Shown: in pieces, positions 6,332-14,040 of the stretch | Numbering within the stretch: the stretch's first letter is position 1 | How the letters are laid out: each line of letters begins with the position of its first letter | Assembly: GCA_037144015.1 (NCBI GenBank) | Contig: JBAWXQ010000030.1 | Location: forward strand, 1 to 19,717 | Length of the DNA stretch: 19,717 nucleotides | Source of the DNA: a bacterium | GTDB taxonomy: Bacteria > Verrucomicrobiota > Kiritimatiellia > RFP12 > CAIWXQ01 | Reading direction: 5' to 3' | Program-made: the position numbers and the translations under genes | Notes under the pieces: generated by a model | Databases searched by the model: none | Seen by the model: the letters and a program-made list of their open reading frames with translations, nothing else | Told to the model about the DNA's origin: nothing

Positions 6332-8463
6332 AAACACAACCACCCGGGGCTGCCGCGCCCATCAAGCTGCGTGTGACCGAAGCCCTGACCAAGGATGTCG
6401 GGCGGGCCTTTGCCCGGATGGGCCCCGAGGATCTGGACCGGCTGCACCTCGCCGTTGGCGACACCGTGGAGGTGGAGGGAAAGCGCAAGGCCGTCTGCAA
6501 GGCGATGCCGGCCTACGCGGACCTTCGCGGACAGTCCCGCGTCCAGCTCGACGGATCCACCCGCGAGAACGCGGGCGCGGGGCTCGATGATCCGGTGAGC
6601 ATCCGCAGGATCTCCTGCCGCCCGGCGGATCGCGTGGTGCTCGCGCCGACCAACGTCGTGCCGGCGGACCGGGACCTGAAGTACATCGGGAGCCTGCTGG
6701 ACGGCCTGCCCGTTCTGGAGGGCGCCAAGATCCAGGCGGCCCTGTTCGGCAGCCGCTCCGCTTTCTTTCAGGTTGAATCCGTGATGCCCAAGGGCGCCGT
6801 GCTGATTCATTCCGGCACGACGCTCGTGATCGGCAAGGCCCAGGCAGAGGAGGGGGCGGGGGCGCTTTCCTACGAGGACATCGGCGGCCTGAAGTCGCAG
6901 CTCCAGCGCATCCGGGAGATGATCGAGCTGCCGCTGCGCTACCCCGAGGTGTTTCAGCGCCTCGGGATTGACGCGCCCAAGGGGGTGCTGCTGTACGGCC
7001 CGCCGGGATGCGGCAAGACCCTGATCGCCCGCGCCATCGCCCACGAGACCGATGCCAGCTTCTTTTCCATCAGCGGGCCGGAAATCATCCACAAGTTCTA
7101 CGGCGAAAGCGAAGCCCACCTGCGGAAGATCTTCGAGGAGGCGACAAAAAAAGGTCCCAGCATCCTGTTCATCGACGAGATCGATGCCATTGCCCCCCGG
7201 CGGGACAATGTGGTTGGCGACGTGGAGAAGCGGGTCGTTGCCCAGCTCCTCGCCCTCATGGACGGGCTGAACAAGCGGCAGAATGTGATCGTCATCGCCG
7301 CCACCAACATCCCCAATGCCCTTGACCCGGCCCTGCGGCGCCCGGGCCGGTTCGACCGGGAGATCGTGATCCCGATACCGGACCGGCGCGGCCGTCTGGA
7401 GATCCTGGAGATTCACAGCCGGGGGATGCCGCTGGCCGGTGACGTCCAGATGGAACACCTGGCGGAGATCACCCACGGCTTTGTGGGCGCGGACCTCGAG
7501 GCGCTTTGCCGGGAGGCGGCCATGGGCTGCCTCCGGCAGATCATGGGGGAGATCGACTTTAGCCAGGCGGGGATTCCGTACGAAACGCTCGCAAAGCTCG
7601 AGGTGCGCATGGAGGACTTCCTGTCCGCCCTGCGGGAGATTGAGCCGTCCGCCATCCGGGAGGTCTTTGTCGAATCGCCCAATGTACACTGGGGCGACGT
7701 CGGGGGTCTGGCCTCCTTGAAGCAGCGCCTGATCGAGGCCGTGGAGTGGCCCTTGAAGCATCCCCGGCTCTTTGAAAAAGGCGGCGTGACGCCACCCAAG
7801 GGGATTTTGCTGGTCGGCCCGCCGGGTTGCGGCAAGACCATGATGGCCAAGGCGATCGCCACCGAGAGCCAGGTCAACTTCATCTCGGTCAAGGGCCCGG
7901 CCCTGATGTCCAAGTGGGTCGGCGAATCGGAAAAGGGGATCCGCGAGATCTTCCACAAGGCCAGGCAGGCTGCGCCGTGCATCATCTTCTTTGACGAGAT
8001 TGACGCCCTGGTGGCGACGCGCAGCGCGGGCACCACCGACTCGCATGTCTCCGAGCGGATCCTGAGCCAGTTCCTGGCGGAGTTTGACGGGATCGACGAG
8101 CTCCGGGGGGTTCTTGTCCTGGGGGCCACCAATCGCCGGGACCTGCTGGATGCCGCCGTTCTCCGCCCAGGGCGGTTCGATGATATCGTCGAGATGACGT
8201 TGCCCGGCGAAGCAGACCGCGAGGCGATCTTCGCTGTGCATTTCCGCGGCAAGCCGCTGGCGAAGCAGATCAAGTGCGCGGCGCTGGCGGCAAAGACCGA
8301 CGGGTTCAGCAGCGCGGACATCGCCGCGGTTGCGCGCAAGGCCGCCATGACTGCGGTTCGCCGGGTCGTGAAGAGCCTGGAGTGTGGCGCGGCGGAAGAG
8401 CCGGAAATCCTGATCCAGCGCGAGGACGTTGACGACGCGCTGGAGGAAGTGCGCAGGCGGTAG
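6328..8463 (+). CDS. CDC48/p97/VAT-like AAA+ ATPase (N-domain plus two AAA modules, D1 and D2)
   Basis: N-terminal region KLRVTEALTKDVGRAFARM...LAVGDTVEVEGKRKAVCKA...SRVQLDGSTRENAGAGLDDPVSIR resembles the double-psi-barrel CDC48 N-domain. D1 has Walker A GPPGCGKTLIARAIAHE, Walker B ILFIDEIDAIAP and an SRH-like region VIVIAATNIPNALDPALRRPGRFDREIVI. D2 has Walker A GPPGCGKTMMAKAIATE, Walker B IIFFDEIDALV and LVLGATNRRDLLDAAVLRPGRFD. Total length is 711 aa, and the gene is translationally coupled to gvpH (ATGA). Confidence 0.85.
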   Translation: MKTQPPGAAAPIKLRVTEALTKDVGRAFARMGPEDLDRLHLAVGDTVEVEGKRKAVCKAMPAYADLRGQSRVQLDGSTRENAGAGLDDPVSIRRISCRPADRVVLAPTNVVPADRDLKYIGSLLDGLPVLEGAKIQAALFGSRSAFFQVESVMPKGAVLIHSGTTLVIGKAQAEEGAGALSYEDIGGLKSQLQRIREMIELPLRYPEVFQRLGIDAPKGVLLYGPPGCGKTLIARAIAHETDASFFSISGPEIIHKFYGESEAHLRKIFEEATKKGPSILFIDEIDAIAPRRDNVVGDVEKRVVAQLLALMDGLNKRQNVIVIAATNIPNALDPALRRPGRFDREIVIPIPDRRGRLEILEIHSRGMPLAGDVQMEHLAEITHGFVGADLEALCREAAMGCLRQIMGEIDFSQAGIPYETLAKLEVRMEDFLSALREIEPSAIREVFVESPNVHWGDVGGLASLKQRLIEAVEWPLKHPRLFEKGGVTPPKGILLVGPPGCGKTMMAKAIATESQVNFISVKGPALMSKWVGESEKGIREIFHKARQAAPCIIFFDEIDALVATRSAGTTDSHVSERILSQFLAEFDGIDELRGVLVLGATNRRDLLDAAVLRPGRFDDIVEMTLPGEADREAIFAVHFRGKPLAKQIKCAALAAKTDGFSSADIAAVARKAAMTAVRRVVKSLECGAAEEPEILIQREDVDDALEEVRRR

Positions 8464-8464
8464 G

Positions 8465-9265
8465 ATGAACCAGGGAATCTATCTGTTCTGCCTGACGCCG
8501 GAAAACGACCGGCTGGTGCTGGCGGACGCCGGAGACGATCCGGCGCAGCCGCTTGCAGCCGCGGCCGTCGCCGGAGTCACCGCCATTGTTGCTCCGGTTT
8601 CCCTGAATGACTTCTGCGGCCCGGAGTCCCGCGCGCGGCTGGCGGACCTGGCATGGGTGGGGCCGCGGGCGCAGCGTCACGAAGAGGTCATCCTGGCCGT
8701 GATGCGCCAGGCGCCGGTGCTGCCGGTGCGGTTCGGGAGCGTGTTCTCCTCCCTGGCGGCGCTGTCGGCTTCGCTGGAACGGCAGCGTGAGGCCATGGCG
8801 CAGTTTTTCCTGGACACGGCCGGCCATCAGGAGTGGACGCTCAAGGCCTTTGTGGACCGGTCGCAGGCAAGGGCGAGGGTCATGGCCACACGGCTGGCGG
8901 CGGAGAAAGAACAGCTGGATGCGCTGGCGCCGGGGAAACGCTATCTGCAGGAGCAGAAGATCAATGGCGTCGTGGACCGGGAGGTGGCGTTCGGGCTCAA
9001 AAAGATGGCCGCCGGGATCAGCCTCTTCTTTCAGGAGGTGGCCCCTGTGTCCTGTGTCGGTCGCCTGCTGCCCCGGGACGTGACGGGGCGGGATGACGAA
9101 ATGTTTTTTCATTCCGCCCTGCTGGTGCCCGACGGCGCCGTCGCGCAGCTGCAGCGACTGGCCGCTGCGTGGAATGCCCGGCATGCGTCCATGGGGATGA
9201 TTCTGGAGGCCTCGGGCCCCTGGCCTCTCTACCATTTCACACCTGTCAGCAGCGCCGCGCCATGA
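8465..9265 (+). CDS. gvpF: Gas vesicle protein GvpF/GvpL family (paralog 1)
   Basis: Starts MNQGIYLFCL (ATG 8465). The C-terminal hallmark is SGPWPLYHF (GPWPPY[N/H]F-type motif of GvpF/L). Length is about 266 aa. The ORF table begins earlier at 8429, but that ATG overlaps the upstream stop. Confidence 0.8.
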   Translation: MNQGIYLFCLTPENDRLVLADAGDDPAQPLAAAAVAGVTAIVAPVSLNDFCGPESRARLADLAWVGPRAQRHEEVILAVMRQAPVLPVRFGSVFSSLAALSASLERQREAMAQFFLDTAGHQEWTLKAFVDRSQARARVMATRLAAEKEQLDALAPGKRYLQEQKINGVVDREVAFGLKKMAAGISLFFQEVAPVSCVGRLLPRDVTGRDDEMFFHSALLVPDGAVAQLQRLAAAWNARHASMGMILEASGPWPLYHFTPVSSAAP

Positions 9266-9269
9266 GCCT

Positions 9270-9995
9270 ATGGTCTACCTGGTCTATGGAATTTTGAAAG
9301 CTTCGGCCGCCGGCAGCGGACCGCTGGCGGGCGTGCGGGGCGCGTGCGTGACCATCGTCACCGCGCATGGCCTCGCTGCGGCCATCTCGCAGCTGGATGC
9401 GGCGGTTCATGCGCCCTCCGTGGACGAGCTGCTTGTCTATGGCCGGGTGGTGGATGCGCTTTTCCGCCGGCAGGCGGTGGTCCCGTTGCGATATGGCTGT
9501 TTTTTGAACGGGCCGGCGGCGGTCGAGGCGGTTCTGGAAGCGAAAAAAGATTCTTGCGAAGCCCTGCTGGCGGAGCTGGACGGGCAGGCGGAGATGGGGA
9601 TCCGGATTCTGCTGCCCGCAGGTGCAGAGACGGTGCCGCCCGCGGCGCAGCCGGTGGATGGCAGCGCGTATCTTGCCCGGCGGAAGGCGCACTACCAGAT
9701 GCAGGAGGCCGACGCCCGGCAGCATCAGGCGCTGCTGGACCGGTACGTGCAGGCCCTGGCCGGACTGAATGGAAAGCACCGGACCGAGACAGCCACGCGC
9801 GACGGCGCGGTCGCCCTGTCGCTCGATTATTTGATTCCGAAGAGCCAGGTCAGCGCGTTTCGGGAGATCTTTCGCGGGGTGGCGGCGCAGGAAGGCACCC
9901 GGGTTCAGCTCAGCGGCCCGTGGCCGCCGTACAATTTTTCCATGCCGTCCGACCTGACGGCGCCAAGGGGCCGGTCGGATAGGAGGTTGCCGTGA
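9270..9995 (+). CDS. gvpL: Gas vesicle protein GvpF/GvpL family (paralog 2)
   Basis: Starts MVYLVYGIL and ends ...QLSGPWPPYNFSMPSDL. This is the canonical GvpF/L architecture, at 241 aa. It is tandem to the previous GvpF/L, as with gvpF2-gvpF3 of Serratia. Confidence 0.8.
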   Translation: MVYLVYGILKASAAGSGPLAGVRGACVTIVTAHGLAAAISQLDAAVHAPSVDELLVYGRVVDALFRRQAVVPLRYGCFLNGPAAVEAVLEAKKDSCEALLAELDGQAEMGIRILLPAGAETVPPAAQPVDGSAYLARRKAHYQMQEADARQHQALLDRYVQALAGLNGKHRTETATRDGAVALSLDYLIPKSQVSAFREIFRGVAAQEGTRVQLSGPWPPYNFSMPSDLTAPRGRSDRRLP

Positions 9996-11572
9996 ATGAA
10001 AACCCGGAAAATCCGGCTGTCCCGGCTGTCGCCCTGCGGTATGGAAAACTCTACGAAATGCTGCTGGAGGCGATTCCCTTCTCGGTCCTCCTGATTCTGC
10101 CAAGCCTGCGCATTCATTCGGCAAATCGCAATTTTTTGAACAAGAGCCAGAAGGCCCTGCCGGATGTCGTGGGGCACCGGATCGAGGACGTCTTTCCCGC
10201 CGTGATCTGCGAGCAGATGGCGATTACCCGGCGTATCCGCAACGTCTTCGAAACCAACCACCCGGTCGAGGGCGACCGGATGACCTACCGGGCGCCGGGC
10301 GTGCCCCTGCGCATCTATTACTACAGCCTGCTCCCGTTCATCTGGCAGGGGCGGACAGAAGGCGTGCTTCTGCTGATGAATGATATGACGGAGCAGGTGC
10401 GCCTCGGCGAAGAGGTGCGGCGGGTGGAGCAGCACCTGGCCAGCATTGTGGACAGCGCCAGCGACCTCATCCTCTCGACTGATTTGGCGGGCCGGATCCT
10501 GACGTGGAATACCACGGCAGAGCGGCTCTCGGGATATGCCGCGGCCGAGGCGCGCGGGCGGAGCTTTGCCGAATTCTGCGCCGGGGAGAGTGCGGACATC
10601 CAGGGCGTTTTCGCGCGGGACGGAGTCCAGAGCCGGGAGTGGCTCTTCAAGACGAGGCAGTCGGAGCTGCTGCTCGTCGCCTGGGGCTTCTCGCCGCTGC
10701 TGGATCACCAGGGGCAGGCCGTCGGGGTCGTGTGCGTGGGGCGGGACCTGACGGAACGGCGGAAGTTCGAGATGGAACTGGTCCAGTCCCAGAAGATGGC
10801 GGCGCTGGGTGTCATGGCCGGCGGCATTGCCCACGAGATCCGGAACCCGCTGGCCAGCTGCTCGTCGGCCGCCCAGTTCCTCGCCGACGAAAAGGTTATT
10901 TCGCCGGAGTTTCTCCGGGAGTGCGCGGAGACGATCCGGCGCGGGGTCCGGCGGGCGTCCACGATCATCGAGAATCTTCTGCGCTACGCGCATCCCGACA
11001 CGCCGATCCATCCGTCGCCTGTCAATTTGGTTGACCTGATCACTGAAACGCTGGCCCTGGTGGCGGCTCACGCCAGGCTGAACCAGGTCGAGACGGGAAC
11101 GTCGTTTGCCAGTGCCCCGGCCATGGTGCAGGGCGTGGGCACGCTGCTGCAGCAGGTTTTCATGAACCTGTTCCTGAATGCGATTCAGGCCATGCCCACC
11201 GGGGGACGACTGCAGGTGGTTTTGGACATGGAGGATGGCGGCCTCCGGGTCCGGGTGATCGACTCGGGCTGCGGCATCCGGAAGGAAAACATCCAGAAGG
11301 TCTTTGACCCATTCTATACGACGTCGACCGCCAAGGATGGCACCGGGCTTGGGCTGGCCATCTGCTACACGGTGATGAAGCAGCACGGCGGCAGCATCGC
11401 GATTGAAAGCAATGTGGGGTCTGGCTGCACGGTCACGGTCCGTTTTCCCCGCCCGGGCGCCTCACGCGCAGGATCCGAAAGCCGGCCGTCGCACGTTTCG
11501 CTGCCCGGCGGTCATGAAACGGAAGCACATGCCGTGTTTTCGGGAAGCAATTCCATAGCCTCCCGGCCATAG
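9992..11572 (+). CDS. gvrB: PAS-domain sensor histidine kinase (HisKA + HATPase_c), GvrB-like
   Basis: Starts at GTG 9992, with an AGGAGG RBS at 9981-9986. The H-box is [11 protein letters not shown], the N-box LNAIQA, G1 VIDSGCGI and G2 GTGLGLAI. Upstream PAS-like region: [24 protein letters not shown]. No obvious TM segments, so it is probably cytoplasmic. Confidence 0.85.
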   Translation: MNENPENPAVPAVALRYGKLYEMLLEAIPFSVLLILPSLRIHSANRNFLNKSQKALPDVVGHRIEDVFPAVICEQMAITRRIRNVFETNHPVEGDRMTYRAPGVPLRIYYYSLLPFIWQGRTEGVLLLMNDMTEQVRLGEEVRRVEQHLASIVDSASDLILSTDLAGRILTWNTTAERLSGYAAAEARGRSFAEFCAGESADIQGVFARDGVQSREWLFKTRQSELLLVAWGFSPLLDHQGQAVGVVCVGRDLTERRKFEMELVQSQKMAALGVMAGGIAHEIRNPLASCSSAAQFLADEKVISPEFLRECAETIRRGVRRASTIIENLLRYAHPDTPIHPSPVNLVDLITETLALVAAHARLNQVETGTSFASAPAMVQGVGTLLQQVFMNLFLNAIQAMPTGGRLQVVLDMEDGGLRVRVIDSGCGIRKENIQKVFDPFYTTSTAKDGTGLGLAICYTVMKQHGGSIAIESNVGSGCTVTVRFPRPGASRAGSESRPSHVSLPGGHETEAHAVFSGSNSIASRP

Positions 11573-11579
11573 TCTCCCG

Positions 11580-11619
11580 GCGCATGGCAGAAACATGCGC
11601 ATTGTTGGCTGTTTTTTGC
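11580..11619 (+). terminator. Hairpin GCGCATG-gcagaaa-CATGCGC followed by a T-rich tract (tgttttttg). Possible intrinsic terminator of the regulatory operon, or an enhancer-binding-protein site
   Basis: A perfect 7-bp inverted repeat at 11580-11586 / 11594-11600. A T6 run at 11612-11617 follows 11 nt after the stem. It sits between the histidine-kinase stop (11572) and the sigma54-like element at 11631. Confidence 0.45.
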
Positions 11620-11630
11620 GAATCTCTGTT

Positions 11631-11645
11631 TGGCACGATTCCCGC
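11631..11645 (+). promoter_or_regulatory. Candidate sigma54 promoter: TGGCACG-attc-CCGC, with -24 GG and -12 GC at consensus spacing
   Basis: tggcacgattcccgc read at 11631-11645. GG at 11632-33 and GC at 11644-45 are 12 nt apart, as in the TGGCACG-N4-TTGC consensus. It lies about 74 bp upstream of the gvpA ATG, and an NtrC-family activator is encoded in the same island. Confidence 0.5.
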
Positions 11646-11718
11646 GTATACCCACTTACCGCATGCATGGGTATGTGTGCGGATTCGAGTTACAGAATCA
11701 ACGCAATGGAGACGAGCA

Positions 11719-11937
11719 ATGGCAAAGATTCAGAAATCAACGGATTCCTCGAGCCTGGCCGAGGTTGTCGACCGCATCCTGGACAAGGGTATTGTCATCG
11801 ATGCGTGGGTGAAGGTGTCGCTGGTCGGCATCGAGCTGCTCTCGGTCGAAGCGCGCGTCGTGATCGCGTCTGTTGAGACGTATCTCAAGTACGCCGAGGC
11901 GATTGGTTTGACGGCCAATGCCGCCACGCCTGCCTGA
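11719..11937 (+). CDS. gvpA: Gas vesicle structural protein GvpA (major shell protein)
   Basis: [64 protein letters not shown] is the highly conserved GvpA core. Length is 72 aa. A GGAG RBS at 11708-11711 lies 7 nt before the ATG. Confidence 0.95.
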   Translation: MAKIQKSTDSSSLAEVVDRILDKGIVIDAWVKVSLVGIELLSVEARVVIASVETYLKYAEAIGLTANAATPA

Positions 11938-11959
11938 GTGTGAGATGCTTCGTGTCTTC

Positions 11960-11990
11960 CCGGTGGCGGGGGTCGACGATCCCCGCCACC
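11960..11990 (+). terminator. GC-rich hairpin (CGGTGGCGGGG-gtcgacgat-CCCCGCCACCG) immediately downstream of gvpA. Candidate attenuator or partial terminator
   Basis: Two 11-bp perfect inverted arms, cggtggcgggg (11960-11970) and ccccgccaccg (11980-11990), with a 9-nt loop, lie 23 bp after the gvpA stop. No U-tract follows, so read-through is likely. Confidence 0.5.
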
Positions 11991-12051
11991 GCGGTTGACC
12001 CGGAGGCTTTTCAATGCACGACAGTCGGTAGTTGCCACGAAGGGAATCATC

Positions 12052-12666
12052 ATGAAGAAGCTGGCCGAAGCAGAGAAGAAGCATTGCGCGAAACGGGTGG
12101 CCTTTCAGACCAATCTGACCGTTGAAGTGAAGTCCATGCTGACGGAATTTTCCAAGACGCGGCGCGAGCTGGCCCGCATCGCAAGTGAGGAACGCAGGGC
12201 GCTGCTGCTGGAGATCCGGAAGCAGGTCGCGGGTTTGCGCACCCTGACGAGCCAGGTGCAGGCAGGCGCACCGCGTGCCCTCGCCGTGCCGTTGGCCGTT
12301 CCGGCTCCGAAAATCAAGATTTTCGGGGCGTCGATCATCGTCCAGAAGGCGAAGACCGACAGCGGCATAGTCCCTCTGTTGCCCAGCGTCAATACGCCGA
12401 AAATGCCGGTGTTTGTGGCGCCGGTTCAGGTGAAAGTCGAACCCCCCAGGGCCGAAATGATCGCCCCCCCGGCCCTGCCGAAACCGGCACCGGTCAAGGT
12501 GGCCAAGGTGGTCGAACCGCGCATGGTTGAACCCAGGGCAAAGCCGGTCGCGCCTCCCGTGGCCAGTCGCCCACTGAAGAAGGAAGCGCATGACGGGTGG
12601 CTGGACGAAATTTTTGGCAAGAGCGCGACCAGCGCGACCAAGGCGAAGCGGAAGAAAAAGAAGTAG
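12052..12666 (+). CDS. Hypothetical coiled-coil / Pro-rich / Lys-tailed protein in the gvpC position
   Basis: The N-terminus MKKLAEAEKKH...RELARIASEERRALLLEIRKQVAGLRTL is predicted helical. The middle is Pro/Val/Lys-rich with short repeats (VEPPRAEM, VEPRMVEPRAKPVAPPVASRP). The C-terminus is KAKRKKKK. It lies immediately downstream of gvpA and the hairpin. No 33-aa GvpC repeats are visible. Confidence 0.6.
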   Translation: MKKLAEAEKKHCAKRVAFQTNLTVEVKSMLTEFSKTRRELARIASEERRALLLEIRKQVAGLRTLTSQVQAGAPRALAVPLAVPAPKIKIFGASIIVQKAKTDSGIVPLLPSVNTPKMPVFVAPVQVKVEPPRAEMIAPPALPKPAPVKVAKVVEPRMVEPRAKPVAPPVASRPLKKEAHDGWLDEIFGKSATSATKAKRKKKK

Positions 12667-12671
12667 GAAGC

Positions 12672-13046
12672 ATGACGCGGCGTAGATCAGTCAGGAGTAC
12701 GGTTGCATTCATCGAAGGGGTTTGCGCTTTTTGCCGCGGCAAAGGTGTGGACCCCTTCGCTGTCATGTCGGCGCGCTCCACGTGCTGCGTGTGCTCGGGA
12801 ACATGCAAGGTGCGGGTTCGTGCGCCGATTATTTCCTGCGCGCACTGCCGCGGCACGGGGGCTGTCAAAACCTTGACTTGTACGGTCTGTGGCGGCAAGG
12901 GCTCGGTTCACCGGCCGGCGCAGCCAACGAGGGTCTGCCCGGTTTGTCACGGCACGGGCGACGATGCCTCCGCGCCGGCCATGGACTGTTTGAAGTGCCG
13001 GGGACGCGGTTGTGTCACCGGAGTGAAGCCAACTAAGGGAGCCTGA
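12672..13046 (+). CDS. DnaJ-type zinc-finger (CxxCxGxG repeat) protein, BSD2-like stand-alone cysteine-rich domain
   Basis: Six CxxCxGxG-type motifs in 124 aa: CAFCRGKG, CCVCSGTC, CAHCRGTG, CTVCGGKG, CPVCHGTG, CLKCRGRG. AGGAAG lies 5 nt before the ATG at 12672. There is no J-domain. Confidence 0.75.
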   Translation: MTRRRSVRSTVAFIEGVCAFCRGKGVDPFAVMSARSTCCVCSGTCKVRVRAPIISCAHCRGTGAVKTLTCTVCGGKGSVHRPAQPTRVCPVCHGTGDDASAPAMDCLKCRGRGCVTGVKPTKGA

Positions 13047-13051
13047 TCGTC

Positions 13052-14029
13052 ATGAGTCGTAATTCCACCAAAGTTGAATCCCTGCCGACCGTACGCGTGC
13101 CGACGACGGCGGACGGCGTCCAGCCAGAAGCCGGCGACAGTTTCGTGTCTTCCGCTTACGTCGAGCAGGTCACCAAGCGTGCGCTGGCATACCTGATCGC
13201 CGGATACGCCGTCCATTTCTCGGGCGTGGCGGGAACGGGCAAGACGACCATGGCGTTCCATGTGGCATCCAAGCTGGGCCGGCCGGTCACGCTGGTGCAC
13301 GGGGATGACGAGTTCGGCAGCTCCGACCTGGTTGGGCGCGACGGCGGCTACAAGAAGCACAAGGTGGTCGACAACTTCATCCACTCCGTCCTGAAGACGG
13401 AAGAGGAGTCGCGGAACTTCTGGGTGGATGATCGGCTCACCACGGCATGCAAGACCGGGGAGATCTTTATTTACGACGAGTTCAACCGCTCCCGCCCGGA
13501 GGCCAACAACGCCCTGCTGAGCGTTCTTTCCGAGGGCATTCTGAACCTGCCGAAGCTCCGCCAGTCGGGGGAGGGCTACCTGACCGTGCACCCGGAGTTC
13601 CGCGCCATCTTCACCTCGAACCCCGAAGAATACGCCGGCGTCCACAAGACGCAGGATGCCCTGATGGACCGCCTGATCACCATCCACCTGGAGCACTACG
13701 ACCGGGAAACAGAGGTCATGATCGTCAAGCGGAAGTCCGGCCTGCCGCTGGAGGATGCCGAGCGGATCGTGGACATGGTGCGCGAGCTGCGCATGTTCGG
13801 GGTGAACAATCACCGCCCGACCATCCGGGCCGGCATTGCCATCGGGCGGATCCTGTTCTCCCAGAAGCGCCGCGCCCGTGCGGACGACGAGTTCTTTCTG
13901 CTGGTCTGCCGCGATGTGCTGGCCACCGACACGGCCAAGGTCACCCATGGCGGCCAGCCGCTGATGCTGGAAAAGGTGGAAGAGGTTCTTCGCCGGGTCT
14001 GCAGTCCGGGCAAGACAGGCCGGAAATAG
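13052..14029 (+). CDS. gvpN: Gas vesicle protein GvpN (AAA+ ATPase of the CbbQ/NirQ/NorQ/GvpN family)
   Basis: Walker A is FSGVAGTGKTTMAFHVA, Walker B IFIYDEFNRS. TSNPEEYAGVHKTQDALMDRL and the overall length of 325 aa match the GvpN family. Confidence 0.85.
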   Translation: MSRNSTKVESLPTVRVPTTADGVQPEAGDSFVSSAYVEQVTKRALAYLIAGYAVHFSGVAGTGKTTMAFHVASKLGRPVTLVHGDDEFGSSDLVGRDGGYKKHKVVDNFIHSVLKTEEESRNFWVDDRLTTACKTGEIFIYDEFNRSRPEANNALLSVLSEGILNLPKLRQSGEGYLTVHPEFRAIFTSNPEEYAGVHKTQDALMDRLITIHLEHYDRETEVMIVKRKSGLPLEDAERIVDMVRELRMFGVNNHRPTIRAGIAIGRILFSQKRRARADDEFFLLVCRDVLATDTAKVTHGGQPLMLEKVEEVLRRVCSPGKTGRK

Positions 14030-14040
14030 GGGAGACGGAC

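Noticed and set aside
4978-8241. 1087-aa ORF on the minus strand
   Set aside because: It is antisense to the NtrC-like, GvpH and CDC48-like genes. The translation is low-complexity (Arg/Pro/Gly/Ala-rich) and has no motifs. It is a typical stop-codon-poor shadow frame in about 65% GC DNA, and the sense-strand ORFs have clear domain signatures.
9905-11386. 493-aa minus-strand ORF
   Set aside because: It is antisense to the PAS histidine kinase, which has unambiguous H/N/G boxes. It is a shadow ORF.
11737-12591. 284-aa minus-strand ORF across gvpA and the downstream gene
   Set aside because: It overlaps the highly conserved gvpA on the opposite strand. The translation is Arg/Gly-rich low complexity.
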